From the IMG/VR virus record IMGVR_UViG_3300033143_001114, positions 1-55,774 of that record: a stretch of 55,774 nucleotides of DNA. One strand, written 5' to 3'. The DNA comes from a virus. Lineage: Duplodnaviria; Caudoviricetes. Within the stretch, counting starts at the first letter, position 1; the number at the start of each line of letters is the position of its first letter. Shown piece by piece: positions 8,703-17,989 of this stretch. The notes beneath the pieces were generated by a model. The model was not told where the DNA came from. It ran no database searches and saw nothing but the letters and a program-made list of their open reading frames with translations. Position numbers and translations under genes: made by a program.

Positions 8703-11700
8703 ATGGCAAACGAAATCGTATTAAAAAGATCTGCGGTTGCGAACAATGCTCCAGCCGTTGGAGACTTGGCTCTCGGTGAAGTTGGTATTAATACAAATGA
8801 TGGTCGCGTATTCATTAAAAAGAATGACGGCGCAGACTCAATTGTAGACATTACTGATAACGTAAGAACTAAAACAACTACAGACCCTTCAGCAACAGAT
8901 GACAATTCAAGTGGTCACCGTCCTGGTGACTTATGGCTAAACACAACCTCACAAAATGTATTCATACTTGTAGATGATTCAAACGCTGCGTCCATATGGA
9001 CAAACATAACAAGTGATCGCGGCGGTAGTCTACTTCACAGTCAATGGGGTTTAGTTCACACAATAGATAATCCAAACGCCTTTGGGACAAGTCAATATGA
9101 CTTTTTTGGTTCTGCTGTTTATGGTAGCAGTGGAGCAGCCTCTGCGGTATCAGGCGATTATATGGTTATTGGAGCTAACCAAGAAGATGAGGTAGGTGGT
9201 AATGGTTCTGGTAAGGTTTATGTTTTCAATATACACACAGGTTTATTAGCACGAACAATAGATAATCCAAACGCCTACGGAACAGTTTCAAATGATTATT
9301 TTGGTAGGTATATAGATATTGATGGAACTAAATGTGTAATTGCTGGTTCTGGTGAAGATGATGCAGGTGGTAATAGTTCTGGTAAGGTTTATGTTTATGA
9401 CGTAACAACTGGAGAATTATTACTTACAATAAATAATCCTAATCCTTATGGAACCAGTGCGTATGATGAGTTTGGCGTTTCTGTTGGGATCAGTGGTAAT
9501 AATATTATTGTAGGCGCACACAATGAAGATGAGTCAGGACTAACTAATTCTGGTAAGGCTTATATATTTAATGCAACAACTGGAGCCTTATTACAAACAT
9601 TAAATAATCCTAACGCATATGGAACGGCTGCTTACGATCAATTTGGTAATCAAGTCTCAATTGATGGAAATAATTGTATTGTGGGAGCAAGATTTGAAGA
9701 TGATGCAGGTGGCCTTAGTGCTGGTAAAGCTTATATATTTACAGTCTCAACTGGAGCTTTATTACATACTCTAGATGATCCTAACGCATACAGCACTTCT
9801 GCTGGCGATCAATTTGGTAATAATCTTGACATAAGTGGAAACTATGCTGTTGTAGGTGCATGGTATGAAGACGACGGAAATAATTATTCAGGTAAGGTTT
9901 ATATTTTCAATGTAACAACAGGTGCTCTACTTTGGACTTTAGATAATCCAAATCCTTATGGAACTTCGTACTACGATGCGTTTGGTGCTAAAGTAGCTGT
10001 AGAAGGTAACTACGCCGCAGTAACCGCATGGTTTGAAGATGATGCAGGTGGGAATCAGTCAGGTAAGGTTTATATTTATGACGTTACAACTGGAGGTTTA
10101 ATACACACTTTTGATAATCCAAACGCATATGGAACAGCCGCATATGATTACTTTGGTTCTATTGTTTCATTATCAGACAAATATATTATTACTGCGGCAT
10201 CTTATGAAGATGATGTATCTGGAATTCAATCAGGTAAAGCGTATGTGTTTGCTCTTGAGGATTTATATGAAACAGATGCGCAAAGTTTATTAGCAGCTAT
10301 AAAATCTATAGGTGATGGTAGCGGTATAAATGCTACTTACTTAGAAGGTAAAGATTCAAGTGAATTTGCTACGTCAGATGATTTATCTTTACTTGCTCCA
10401 CTGGCAAGCCCTGCACTAACAGGAACTCCAACTGCTCCAACTCAAAGTGCAGACGATAATAGTACGAAGCTTGCTACAACTGCCTATGCAGACGCCCAAG
10501 CTCTTTCAGGTGGCGACCCAGCATTTACAAGTGATCCTTTAGGATTTAATTATCCAACTGCCCCAGGTGCCAACTCAATAGCGATTGCTATTGACGCAGA
10601 CGCGAAAGAACAAAACTGCATTGCTTTTGGTAATGGAGCACAAGCAGGTTTAGTTGATTCAGGAACAGGAAATCGAAATGCAATTGCAATAGGAATTCTT
10701 GCAAAAGCGTATAATAGGTATAGTCTTGCATTAGGCGTTGAGGCAGTGGCTGGCTTAACTGGCGCAAGTGTTTTTTATGCAACTGCAATCGGTTGGAACT
10801 CATTATGCGAGGGTGCATCTGCAATTAGTGTTGGGTCATTATCTAAAGCTCTTGCATACGAAAGTATTGCTATTGGTTCCTCTGCCGAAGGAAGAGAAAG
10901 TAATTCTATTGCAATTGGCCCAGCCGCACAATCAGGACAAACTAATGGTGGTGGAGACGAACAAGATACAATTGCAATAGGAAACGTAGCGAAAGCGTAT
11001 GAGAGTGGCGGTATTTCAATTGGTAGAGCTGCAACCACAGGTAAAAATGGAACAAGTATTGACCCTTATGCAATTGCAATAGGTTATCAATCAGAAGCAA
11101 TTGAAGAAAAATCAATTGCTATAGGTTATACAGCGGACAGTAAAGGAACATCCGCTGTATCAATTGGTGACGGAGCTATAGCAAAAGAAACAGCCAATGT
11201 TGCAGTAGGACAATATGCTTTAACAGGACAAACTGAAGGTGGAAGTAATGAAGGATCTGCCATTGCTGTAGGAGCAAGTTCAAAATCATACGAGATAGGA
11301 TGTGTGAGTATAGGTGCTCTTGCAACTTCAGGTAGAAACGGATCAACAAATGATCCTTATGGTGTTGCTGTAGGTTATTTTGCTATTGCAGACCAAGGAT
11401 ACACAACTGCATTAGGATATTTTGCCAAATCAAAAGGAACATCTTCAGTTTCAATAGGAGCAAACTCCGAAGCAAAAGAATCTACAACAATTGCTATAGG
11501 TGCCTCAGCGATTGCAGGTAGGACATATGCATCTGCAACAAATGAACGAGCAATTACAATAGGTGTTCTTAGTAAGGCTTATAATAAAGGATGTGTAACT
11601 TTAGGTGCTGGGGCAGTATCAGGTGATGTGGGTACTAATAATGAAGATTATGCAATTGCAATAGGTGATAGTGCAAATGCAGTTTTAGCAAATACAATCG

Positions 11701-12119
11701 CGCTTGGACAAGGTGCAACTGTAACTAACAAAGGTGAAATGGTAACTGCATTAGGAACAAACGCCTTTGAGAAGAAAATTGTATTACAACAAGATTTCAC
11801 TTCGGCATCATTCACAGCCTTCACAGATTCACCAGTTATCCCAAGTAATAAAGCATGGAAGTTCACAGCACAAATAATTGCTCGTCAAGCTGTAACAGGT
11901 GAGGTTGCTTCATATAAAATTGATGGAATGATTAAGAACATTGCAGGAACAACTACAATAGTTGGAACAAATTATACTCTTGAAGAAGAAGAAGATGCAA
12001 CTTGGGATTGTGTATTAGTTGCTAATGATACAAATGATACTTTAGAAATTCAATTTAAGACTGACGGAACAGCAAACGCCGTTTCCGTACTTGCTAACAT
12101 ACTGATAATGGAGGTATAA
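8703..12119 (+). CDS. Large adhesin/tail fibre: FG-GAP beta-propeller plus YadA-head-like repeats
   Basis: Seven ~57-aa repeats (T-x-(D/N)-NPN-x-YGT...D-x-FG...GK-x-Y-x-F), phage fibre repeat APLASPALTGTPTAPT, many ~14-aa A-I-A-I-G repeats. Confidence 0.8.
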   Translation: MANEIVLKRSAVANNAPAVGDLALGEVGINTNDGRVFIKKNDGADSIVDITDNVRTKTTTDPSATDDNSSGHRPGDLWLNTTSQNVFILVDDSNAASIWTNITSDRGGSLLHSQWGLVHTIDNPNAFGTSQYDFFGSAVYGSSGAASAVSGDYMVIGANQEDEVGGNGSGKVYVFNIHTGLLARTIDNPNAYGTVSNDYFGRYIDIDGTKCVIAGSGEDDAGGNSSGKVYVYDVTTGELLLTINNPNPYGTSAYDEFGVSVGISGNNIIVGAHNEDESGLTNSGKAYIFNATTGALLQTLNNPNAYGTAAYDQFGNQVSIDGNNCIVGARFEDDAGGLSAGKAYIFTVSTGALLHTLDDPNAYSTSAGDQFGNNLDISGNYAVVGAWYEDDGNNYSGKVYIFNVTTGALLWTLDNPNPYGTSYYDAFGAKVAVEGNYAAVTAWFEDDAGGNQSGKVYIYDVTTGGLIHTFDNPNAYGTAAYDYFGSIVSLSDKYIITAASYEDDVSGIQSGKAYVFALEDLYETDAQSLLAAIKSIGDGSGINATYLEGKDSSEFATSDDLSLLAPLASPALTGTPTAPTQSADDNSTKLATTAYADAQALSGGDPAFTSDPLGFNYPTAPGANSIAIAIDADAKEQNCIAFGNGAQAGLVDSGTGNRNAIAIGILAKAYNRYSLALGVEAVAGLTGASVFYATAIGWNSLCEGASAISVGSLSKALAYESIAIGSSAEGRESNSIAIGPAAQSGQTNGGGDEQDTIAIGNVAKAYESGGISIGRAATTGKNGTSIDPYAIAIGYQSEAIEEKSIAIGYTADSKGTSAVSIGDGAIAKETANVAVGQYALTGQTEGGSNEGSAIAVGASSKSYEIGCVSIGALATSGRNGSTNDPYGVAVGYFAIADQGYTTALGYFAKSKGTSSVSIGANSEAKESTTIAIGASAIAGRTYASATNERAITIGVLSKAYNKGCVTLGAGAVSGDVGTNNEDYAIAIGDSANAVLANTIALGQGATVTNKGEMVTALGTNAFEKKIVLQQDFTSASFTAFTDSPVIPSNKAWKFTAQIIARQAVTGEVASYKIDGMIKNIAGTTTIVGTNYTLEEEEDATWDCVLVANDTNDTLEIQFKTDGTANAVSVLANILIMEV
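9058..10255 (+). repeat. Seven tandem FG-GAP-like coding repeats (~171 bp)
   Basis: Recurrent (G/A)ATAATCC(A/T)AA and GGTAA(G/A)G..TAT blocks; boundaries approximate. Confidence 0.75.
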
Positions 12120-12123
12120 GAAA

Positions 12124-12834
12124 ATGAAAGTAAAAAATCCTACCATTGATGGTGCGGTATTAACAGGTGACTCAACCGCAGTTACACAAAGCGCAGATGA
12201 TAATAGTACAAAAATTGCTACAACTGCCTACGCAGATAATGCAGGTGGCGGTGGCGGAGGTGCAAGTACAATTAAGTTAATATCTTCTGGAACTACGTTC
12301 ACTGCTTTATATACAGGTATTCATACAATATTTTTATGTGGTGGTGGCGGTGGCGGTGGCGGCGGCCAAACAGGTACACCTGGTGGTTATGGTTATCCAG
12401 GTGAAGGTGGTGATGGTGGTAATTTTGCAATTACACAAATGATAAAACAATCTCTAGTAAAAGACACTGTATATACAATTGCAATAGGAGCTGCTGGCGG
12501 TGGCGGCGCGCCAGGATATCCAGGCGTAGCTGGACAACAAGGTGGAAGTACAACGTTTGACGGCGTTACCATAACTGGCGGTCCAGGCGGCGACGGCGGC
12601 GGCGCCGCCTACACAACTGCAAACGGCGACGTGGGGATAAATTGTATTCCTTATGGGTTAGGTGGTGCTGGTGGAGTAAGTGCTCCTGGAGTAAATGGTA
12701 ATCCAGGTGGTGCAGGTACAGGACATGGGGCTGGCGGCGGTGGCGGCGGTGGCGGCGGTTATCATGTATCTATAGGATATCTTGGAGCGGTAGGTGGCCC
12801 TGGGTCCCCAGGATTTATATTAATATCATGGTAG
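12124..12834 (+). CDS. Glycine-rich adhesin-like protein, copy 2
   Basis: C-terminal domain closely similar to 4229-4876; N-terminus carries TQSADDNSTK-x-ATTAYAD, shared with 8703-12119. Confidence 0.65.
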   Translation: MKVKNPTIDGAVLTGDSTAVTQSADDNSTKIATTAYADNAGGGGGGASTIKLISSGTTFTALYTGIHTIFLCGGGGGGGGGQTGTPGGYGYPGEGGDGGNFAITQMIKQSLVKDTVYTIAIGAAGGGGAPGYPGVAGQQGGSTTFDGVTITGGPGGDGGGAAYTTANGDVGINCIPYGLGGAGGVSAPGVNGNPGGAGTGHGAGGGGGGGGGYHVSIGYLGAVGGPGSPGFILISW

Positions 12835-12841
12835 ATATAAA

Positions 12842-13357
12842 ATGTTCTTTGATGGTAGTTATAATAACTTAGGAAAAATTGATTCGTCATTACTTGATGA
12901 AATAAAAAATAAAATTATTAATATAAGTGAAGATGAGTGGCTGGATGATTCTATTGAAAGACAGCAATCATTCACAGTTCATAAAAACGTAAATAACTAT
13001 AATATATTATTTGATTATGGAAATTTCCAAGAACTTGATAATAATAAAACAATAGATCGAAGATCAAATTGGAGTGAATTAGATAATATAGTAGATGGAG
13101 AAATTGTTGGTTTATTAATTGTTAATCTACACGCAGGTAAAGATATACCACTACATGTAGATGATGGTGAACATTTAAAAAACTCACGTAGAATACATTT
13201 ACCAATAATAACAAATAAAAATGTTATTTTTAACGTAGACGGAGAGTATATAAATATGAAAGAGGGTTATTTATATGAAATAAATAATATGAAGCCCCAC
13301 AGCGTTAAGAATAAAGGTTTGAGAGATAGAATACATATTATAATAGATGTGAAATAA
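12842..13357 (+). CDS. Aspartyl/asparaginyl beta-hydroxylase-like 2OG-Fe(II) oxygenase
   Basis: H-V-D...H facial triad, RIHLPI and H-S-V-x-N...RIHIIID motifs. Confidence 0.8.
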   Translation: MFFDGSYNNLGKIDSSLLDEIKNKIINISEDEWLDDSIERQQSFTVHKNVNNYNILFDYGNFQELDNNKTIDRRSNWSELDNIVDGEIVGLLIVNLHAGKDIPLHVDDGEHLKNSRRIHLPIITNKNVIFNVDGEYINMKEGYLYEINNMKPHSVKNKGLRDRIHIIIDVK

Positions 13358-13369
13358 GGAAAAAACAAA

Positions 13370-13642
13370 ATGGCATTAGAATTAGGAATCACAACAGAAC
13401 ATGGTATTACGTTAGCAAATTCTTATACAAGAATTGTAAATTACTCAGGTGATATTGATAATGTTCGTGTCCAAACAATAACACACGCAGATGCAGCGGC
13501 AAGAACAGCAAATGATAAACAGATTAAGTCTGAATCATATGTATTTTCTGCTCCTGACACTGTTCCTGCTGGTGGATTAATAGATTGGGCTTATGCTCAA
13601 GTCAAAGCACTACCTGAGTTTACAGGATCAGTAGACGTATAA
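13370..13642 (+). CDS. Small fibre-associated protein (possible chaperone)
   Basis: AY-x-x-VK-x-LPEF-x-G-x-x-DV C-terminus typical of small genes following phage fibres. Confidence 0.5.
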   Translation: MALELGITTEHGITLANSYTRIVNYSGDIDNVRVQTITHADAAARTANDKQIKSESYVFSAPDTVPAGGLIDWAYAQVKALPEFTGSVDV

Positions 13643-13645
13643 ATA
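13638..13645 (+). promoter_or_regulatory. T4-type late promoter
   Basis: TATAAATA overlapping a stop codon, upstream of 13678. Confidence 0.7.
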
Positions 13646-13677
13646 GTATTATACATAATCTAAAAGACTAGGCAGCT

Positions 13678-14031
13678 ATGCACATAAAAAGACTAAACGG
13701 AATTTACCGAGGCGATACGAAAACTTATAAGTTCAACTTCCCTGGAGTTGATATTACGGATTGGACTATCTGGCTGACTTTAAAAATAGATGAGTTGTCG
13801 TCTGATGCCGCTGCGGCTATTCAAGTATCATCTACAGCAGGTGATAATGTTTTAGATGACCCAATCAATGGGATCATGTATGTCACTATCCCATCAGATC
13901 AGTCTGGCACATTAGAGCCTGGCCAATATTTTTATGACTTCCAAAGAGTCATTCAAGGAAGCCCTCCTGATGTTAGAACATTATTGGCAGGACAGGTTGA
14001 GATTTATACAGATATCACGCTTGCGACCTAA
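13678..14031 (+). CDS. BppU-N-like baseplate/fibre adaptor, copy 2
   Basis: KRL-x-x-x-YRGDTKT and YFYDFQRV shared with 6070-6441. Confidence 0.55.
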   Translation: MHIKRLNGIYRGDTKTYKFNFPGVDITDWTIWLTLKIDELSSDAAAAIQVSSTAGDNVLDDPINGIMYVTIPSDQSGTLEPGQYFYDFQRVIQGSPPDVRTLLAGQVEIYTDITLAT

Positions 14032-14040
14032 GGGGTAATC

Positions 14041-14625
14041 ATGGGATACCCTGCAATAAATCAAGTTTCAAACACTGTTCATCTAGCAGAAGAATTTATT
14101 ATAAATCTTGTTGAGGAGACTCTTGAGATAGGCCCAGGTGATTCAATCACAATGGACCTCGTTGAAGATACCATTGAGGTATTAACAACTGAAGAGATTA
14201 TTACAGTATCTCCTGAGGAAGAAGTCCTCCAGTTCAACCTTTCAGAAGTAATCGAAATAATCAAGCCTGTAGAAACTGGCTTGCAATATGCTGAAGACGC
14301 AATAACCTCAATCAGGGTAGTTGCTTCACATTCAACCAAGATATATACAGCTATAAGATGGCTGGTGTATGCTAGGTCTACGATTGACCCAACAAATAAA
14401 AAATATTTTCAGGTATCAGCCTTTCACGATGGAGACAGTGTTGACGATGCCACCCAGGTGAAATTCTTTTGTATTGGTAATATGACCTTTGGGTTAGATA
14501 TAATAGATATAGATTTTGATGTTCAATTAAGTGGGGCTGGAGCAAACCAGGTAATGTCACTGACTGTACAGTCCACAGAAGAGGTCGATGTGAGAGTTTC
14601 AGCAGATGCCATTGTTGAAATGTAA
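14041..14625 (+). CDS. Structural protein; C-terminal domain paralogous to 14686-15957
   Basis: Shared W-x-VY...HDG...DATQ...SGAGA-x-QVM...VDVR. Confidence 0.5.
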   Translation: MGYPAINQVSNTVHLAEEFIINLVEETLEIGPGDSITMDLVEDTIEVLTTEEIITVSPEEEVLQFNLSEVIEIIKPVETGLQYAEDAITSIRVVASHSTKIYTAIRWLVYARSTIDPTNKKYFQVSAFHDGDSVDDATQVKFFCIGNMTFGLDIIDIDFDVQLSGAGANQVMSLTVQSTEEVDVRVSADAIVEM

Positions 14626-14685
14626 AGACCTTAATTCATAAATAATAACAACGGATAGTTAATTACAACATAGGGAGAGACACAC

Positions 14686-15957
14686 ATGTCGTCTAATTCA
14701 TTTTTTGAAGTCGAAAAGGGCTTACAAATTGGGTCAGCAGTATTTTTATCAGGGGCTGGCGCTCCAGGTGGGGCTGGTGATCCTGATCTCGTTGGTTTAG
14801 GTTCATTTTACTTAGACACAACAAATGGTCAAATTTATCTTAAAGATACGGCTGGTACAGGTGTTGATAAGTGGGATACACTTTCAACCTCTACATACGT
14901 AGATAGTCAAGTTACTGCAGGTGGTTCATGGCGCGAACCAGTAGAAGCAATTGAAGATACATTAACTGCTACACCAGCCGCAGCAACAAATACAATCGAC
15001 GGTGAAACTATAGTCACAGGAATGCGAGTATTGTTCACCAACCTTACTACTCCAACAGATAGGAATGTTTGGGTTGCAACTGGTACAACAGGTGCGTGGA
15101 CATGGACAGAAGATGTACAAGAAGAAACATCTGGTGATACAATCTTTGTTTACAATGGTTCACACGCAGGTCAAACTTGGGTTTATAACGGTACTGATTG
15201 GATCCATACAGCGTCTACATCAGATGATGAATTAGGCTTTTTACGTTCATTCATTGGTAAAGGTGCAGCAGGTTCAGAATCTCCATCATATGCGAGTGCT
15301 TTGGTTGTAACACAAAACGCAAACTTAGAAACTGCAATTGGTGAATTAGATGTAGTTGTAGATGGTAACACAACAGACATTGGAACAAATGCAGGTGCTA
15401 TTACTAACTTACAAAACGAAGACGGATTTATTCGTACGTTTGTAGGTAAGAGTGCAGCAGGTTCAGAGACACCAACTTATACATCGAATGGTTATATTTC
15501 TAATGGTGATACATTAGAAGCTGCTATTGGCAAGTTAGATAATCAAATCGGTATTAACGTAGGTAATATTAATGCCAACGCTTCTGAAATTGCACAAGCA
15601 AGAACAGAAACACAGGCACTTAACGTTACAACTTTAACAACTGTAGATAGTGTGAATTGTGATGTTACAGCCGCTGTCAAGTGGATGGTATATGTTCAAG
15701 GTAACTTGGTAGGTGATGCCGCTAAGAAATTTTGTATTGAAGTTTTTGCAACTCATGACGGACACAACGTATCAGGTGGCGCAGACGCAACTCAAGCAGA
15801 CGACACACAATACGCTAAATTGAAAGTTGGAAACCTTTCAGGCTTAGACATTAGTATTGACGTTTCAGGTGCAGGCGCCGCTCAAGTTATGAACTTGAAG
15901 GTTGTATCAACAGACGCAGTAGATGTTAGAGCTGTAAGAGAAGTTATTGACTTTTAA
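14686..15957 (+). CDS. Fibre-like structural protein
   Basis: Internal repeat F-x-GK-x-AAGSE-x-P-x-Y...LE-x-AIG-x-LD twice; CATAAATA late-promoter variant at 14637. Confidence 0.55.
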   Translation: MSSNSFFEVEKGLQIGSAVFLSGAGAPGGAGDPDLVGLGSFYLDTTNGQIYLKDTAGTGVDKWDTLSTSTYVDSQVTAGGSWREPVEAIEDTLTATPAAATNTIDGETIVTGMRVLFTNLTTPTDRNVWVATGTTGAWTWTEDVQEETSGDTIFVYNGSHAGQTWVYNGTDWIHTASTSDDELGFLRSFIGKGAAGSESPSYASALVVTQNANLETAIGELDVVVDGNTTDIGTNAGAITNLQNEDGFIRTFVGKSAAGSETPTYTSNGYISNGDTLEAAIGKLDNQIGINVGNINANASEIAQARTETQALNVTTLTTVDSVNCDVTAAVKWMVYVQGNLVGDAAKKFCIEVFATHDGHNVSGGADATQADDTQYAKLKVGNLSGLDISIDVSGAGAAQVMNLKVVSTDAVDVRAVREVIDF

Positions 15958-15985
15958 TAGTTGATAACACATAACAGGAATTGTT

Positions 15986-16486
15986 ATGGCGACAAACTTA
16001 GATAAAGCGTTTGAAGTAGACGCAATAGTAATAGGTGAACTCGTCGGCATCGTAGCTGGTGTCGACGATCCTACTATATCAGGGCAGACCGCACCTTTAG
16101 GATCTTTATATTTAAGAACAAATGGTGACATTTTTAAGAAGGCTGGCGCAGGAAATATTGATTGGGAAGTCCTGGAAGCCACAACACAAACTCTTACTTC
16201 TACAAATGAATATAAAGGCCACGTTAATGTTGCTGTTAATTATAACGCAACAGATAAGGTTATAATTCTAGTAGACAGTACAGCACAAGCAGTAACAATC
16301 TCTCTACCAGATGCAGCAACATACCTGAATAAAATATTCCATGTAAAATGGAAAGCGGGTAATAACCTTGTATCTATATCAGCACAAGCAGGTCAAAATA
16401 TTGACGGTGACCAGGTTCATATAATGGGCGATCTATATGATTCATTAGAATTTATATCAGACGGCTCAGATTGGTTTATTGTATAA
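15986..16486 (+). CDS. Structural protein
   Basis: N-terminus resembles that of 14686 (FEV...GS-x-YL-x-T); C-terminal VTISLP...SDGSDW domain common in T4-like baseplate/fibre proteins. Confidence 0.5.
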   Translation: MATNLDKAFEVDAIVIGELVGIVAGVDDPTISGQTAPLGSLYLRTNGDIFKKAGAGNIDWEVLEATTQTLTSTNEYKGHVNVAVNYNATDKVIILVDSTAQAVTISLPDAATYLNKIFHVKWKAGNNLVSISAQAGQNIDGDQVHIMGDLYDSLEFISDGSDWFIV

Positions 16487-16495
16487 GGAATTAGA

Positions 16496-17470
16496 ATGGC
16501 GTATAAACACCAGCAAAATGTACAAGACGGCGAAACATTAATAGGTGAAGCAGGTCCTAATACGACTAAAGGTTCTCTTATACATGTTAAAGATAATACT
16601 GGTAAAGCAAGACCATTATCAACAGATGCCGCGGGTGACATACGCGTCGCGACTCAGGGGCAAGTGCTTCCTGATGATCCTACCGCAGCGAGGAAGGGGT
16701 CTTTGCTATATGTTGAAGACGCTGCAGGTAACGCACAAACATTAAAAACAAATGCTGACGGTGATATTCCTGTTGCTCCGAGAGATTTGATTTTAGATGG
16801 TGACCCAGTTGCAGGAATTAAAGGTCCGTTGATTCATGTTGCAGATGACATTGGAGATGCTACACCTTTAACACTTGAGCCAGATGGCTCTGTAAAAGTT
16901 TCACAAACACAATTACCGCCGCCTATCGTAGGACAACAAAACGTTACACGATTTTTGACAGGTTCATTAGGATCGGCAGGTATTGTTAGGAGTGGTGTAA
17001 CATTACAACAAGGTGTAGATGGGTCTGCTTCACCAGTAGAATTTTATATAGGATCACACCTTGATTACGATATTCACGTTATGCAAATTACTATTGTTAT
17101 AGGTGACTCGGCGGTTACTCATAACAACTTTGGTAATGTTAATCCATTAACAAATGGTTGGACGTTAGAGATTCAAGAGTCTGGTGAAACATACGAGATT
17201 ATTTTAAATGCTAAGACAGGTGGTGAGTTGATTGCACAATCTGGTTTTAGTAATCCGTTTGGTGATGGTCTTGGTTCGTTTGAATTGACAAACTGGGACG
17301 GGAACAGTGATGCTTCTATTATTACAATACCTATTTACCAATGGCTTCCTAATGGCTTGCGTATTGGTCGAGATTCATTAGATGAATTAAGATCAAGAGT
17401 AAATGATGATCTAACAGGACTACAACACTTTGAAGTTCGTATCTTCGGATTTAAGAACTACCCAGTATAA
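16496..17470 (+). CDS. Hypothetical structural protein with three ~42-aa repeats
   Basis: KG(S/P)L(I/L)(H/Y)V-x-D...G...L...G-x-(I/V)-x-V three times. Confidence 0.5.
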   Translation: MAYKHQQNVQDGETLIGEAGPNTTKGSLIHVKDNTGKARPLSTDAAGDIRVATQGQVLPDDPTAARKGSLLYVEDAAGNAQTLKTNADGDIPVAPRDLILDGDPVAGIKGPLIHVADDIGDATPLTLEPDGSVKVSQTQLPPPIVGQQNVTRFLTGSLGSAGIVRSGVTLQQGVDGSASPVEFYIGSHLDYDIHVMQITIVIGDSAVTHNNFGNVNPLTNGWTLEIQESGETYEIILNAKTGGELIAQSGFSNPFGDGLGSFELTNWDGNSDASIITIPIYQWLPNGLRIGRDSLDELRSRVNDDLTGLQHFEVRIFGFKNYPV

Positions 17471-17479
17471 GGAATAACA

Positions 17480-17965
17480 ATGGCAGATGCACCACATAAA
17501 ACGGAAGACGGATTACCTAAAGTTTATCCTTCATGTAGGCCTCATGGAACTACAACCTATTTTACTGGTGCGGGTGATCACCCAGTAAATGGCGTAGGTC
17601 AAGGAAATAAATTATTATTTAAGTTAGGTGTTAATGATCCTAGTCAAAAAGTTGATCTTACATTCAATGAAGATGTATACATTAAAGACGGTTATATGAT
17701 TGCAAGGGGCGCGCCGTTTGGTGCGTCTGTTGATATTGAAGTTTATCATCCTGGTCTACAGAAGGTTGTTAGTTGTTTTGGTAAAGCTATACCTATTTTA
17801 GACAATGGTTGGTTCCCTTTAGATACAGAGGATAGATCATTAATGCCTGCGGGATTAATGTTAAGAATAACATGCCGTAATGCTGACGGAGTAGATAATG
17901 CTGAAGGTTCTGCTGAATTTGTAATGGCAGGAAGAATAGAAATGTACAGGAAGACTACTGTATAA
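17480..17965 (+). CDS. Hypothetical protein
   Basis: AAGGA RBS, operon context. Confidence 0.5.
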   Translation: MADAPHKTEDGLPKVYPSCRPHGTTTYFTGAGDHPVNGVGQGNKLLFKLGVNDPSQKVDLTFNEDVYIKDGYMIARGAPFGASVDIEVYHPGLQKVVSCFGKAIPILDNGWFPLDTEDRSLMPAGLMLRITCRNADGVDNAEGSAEFVMAGRIEMYRKTTV

Positions 17966-17968
17966 ATA
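17961..17968 (+). promoter_or_regulatory. T4-type late promoter
   Basis: TATAAATA upstream of the lysis genes. Confidence 0.7.
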
Positions 17969-17989
17969 TAATATAATAAGGAGAAAGCA

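Noticed and set aside
9058-10255. CRISPR-like periodic repeats
   Set aside because: Degenerate in-frame coding repeats of a beta-propeller; no constant repeat/spacer structure and no cas genes
4370-12834. Diversity-generating retroelement TR/VR pair in the duplicated Gly-rich genes
   Set aside because: Differences are not adenine-specific, both copies are intact genes, and there is no reverse transcriptase in the window
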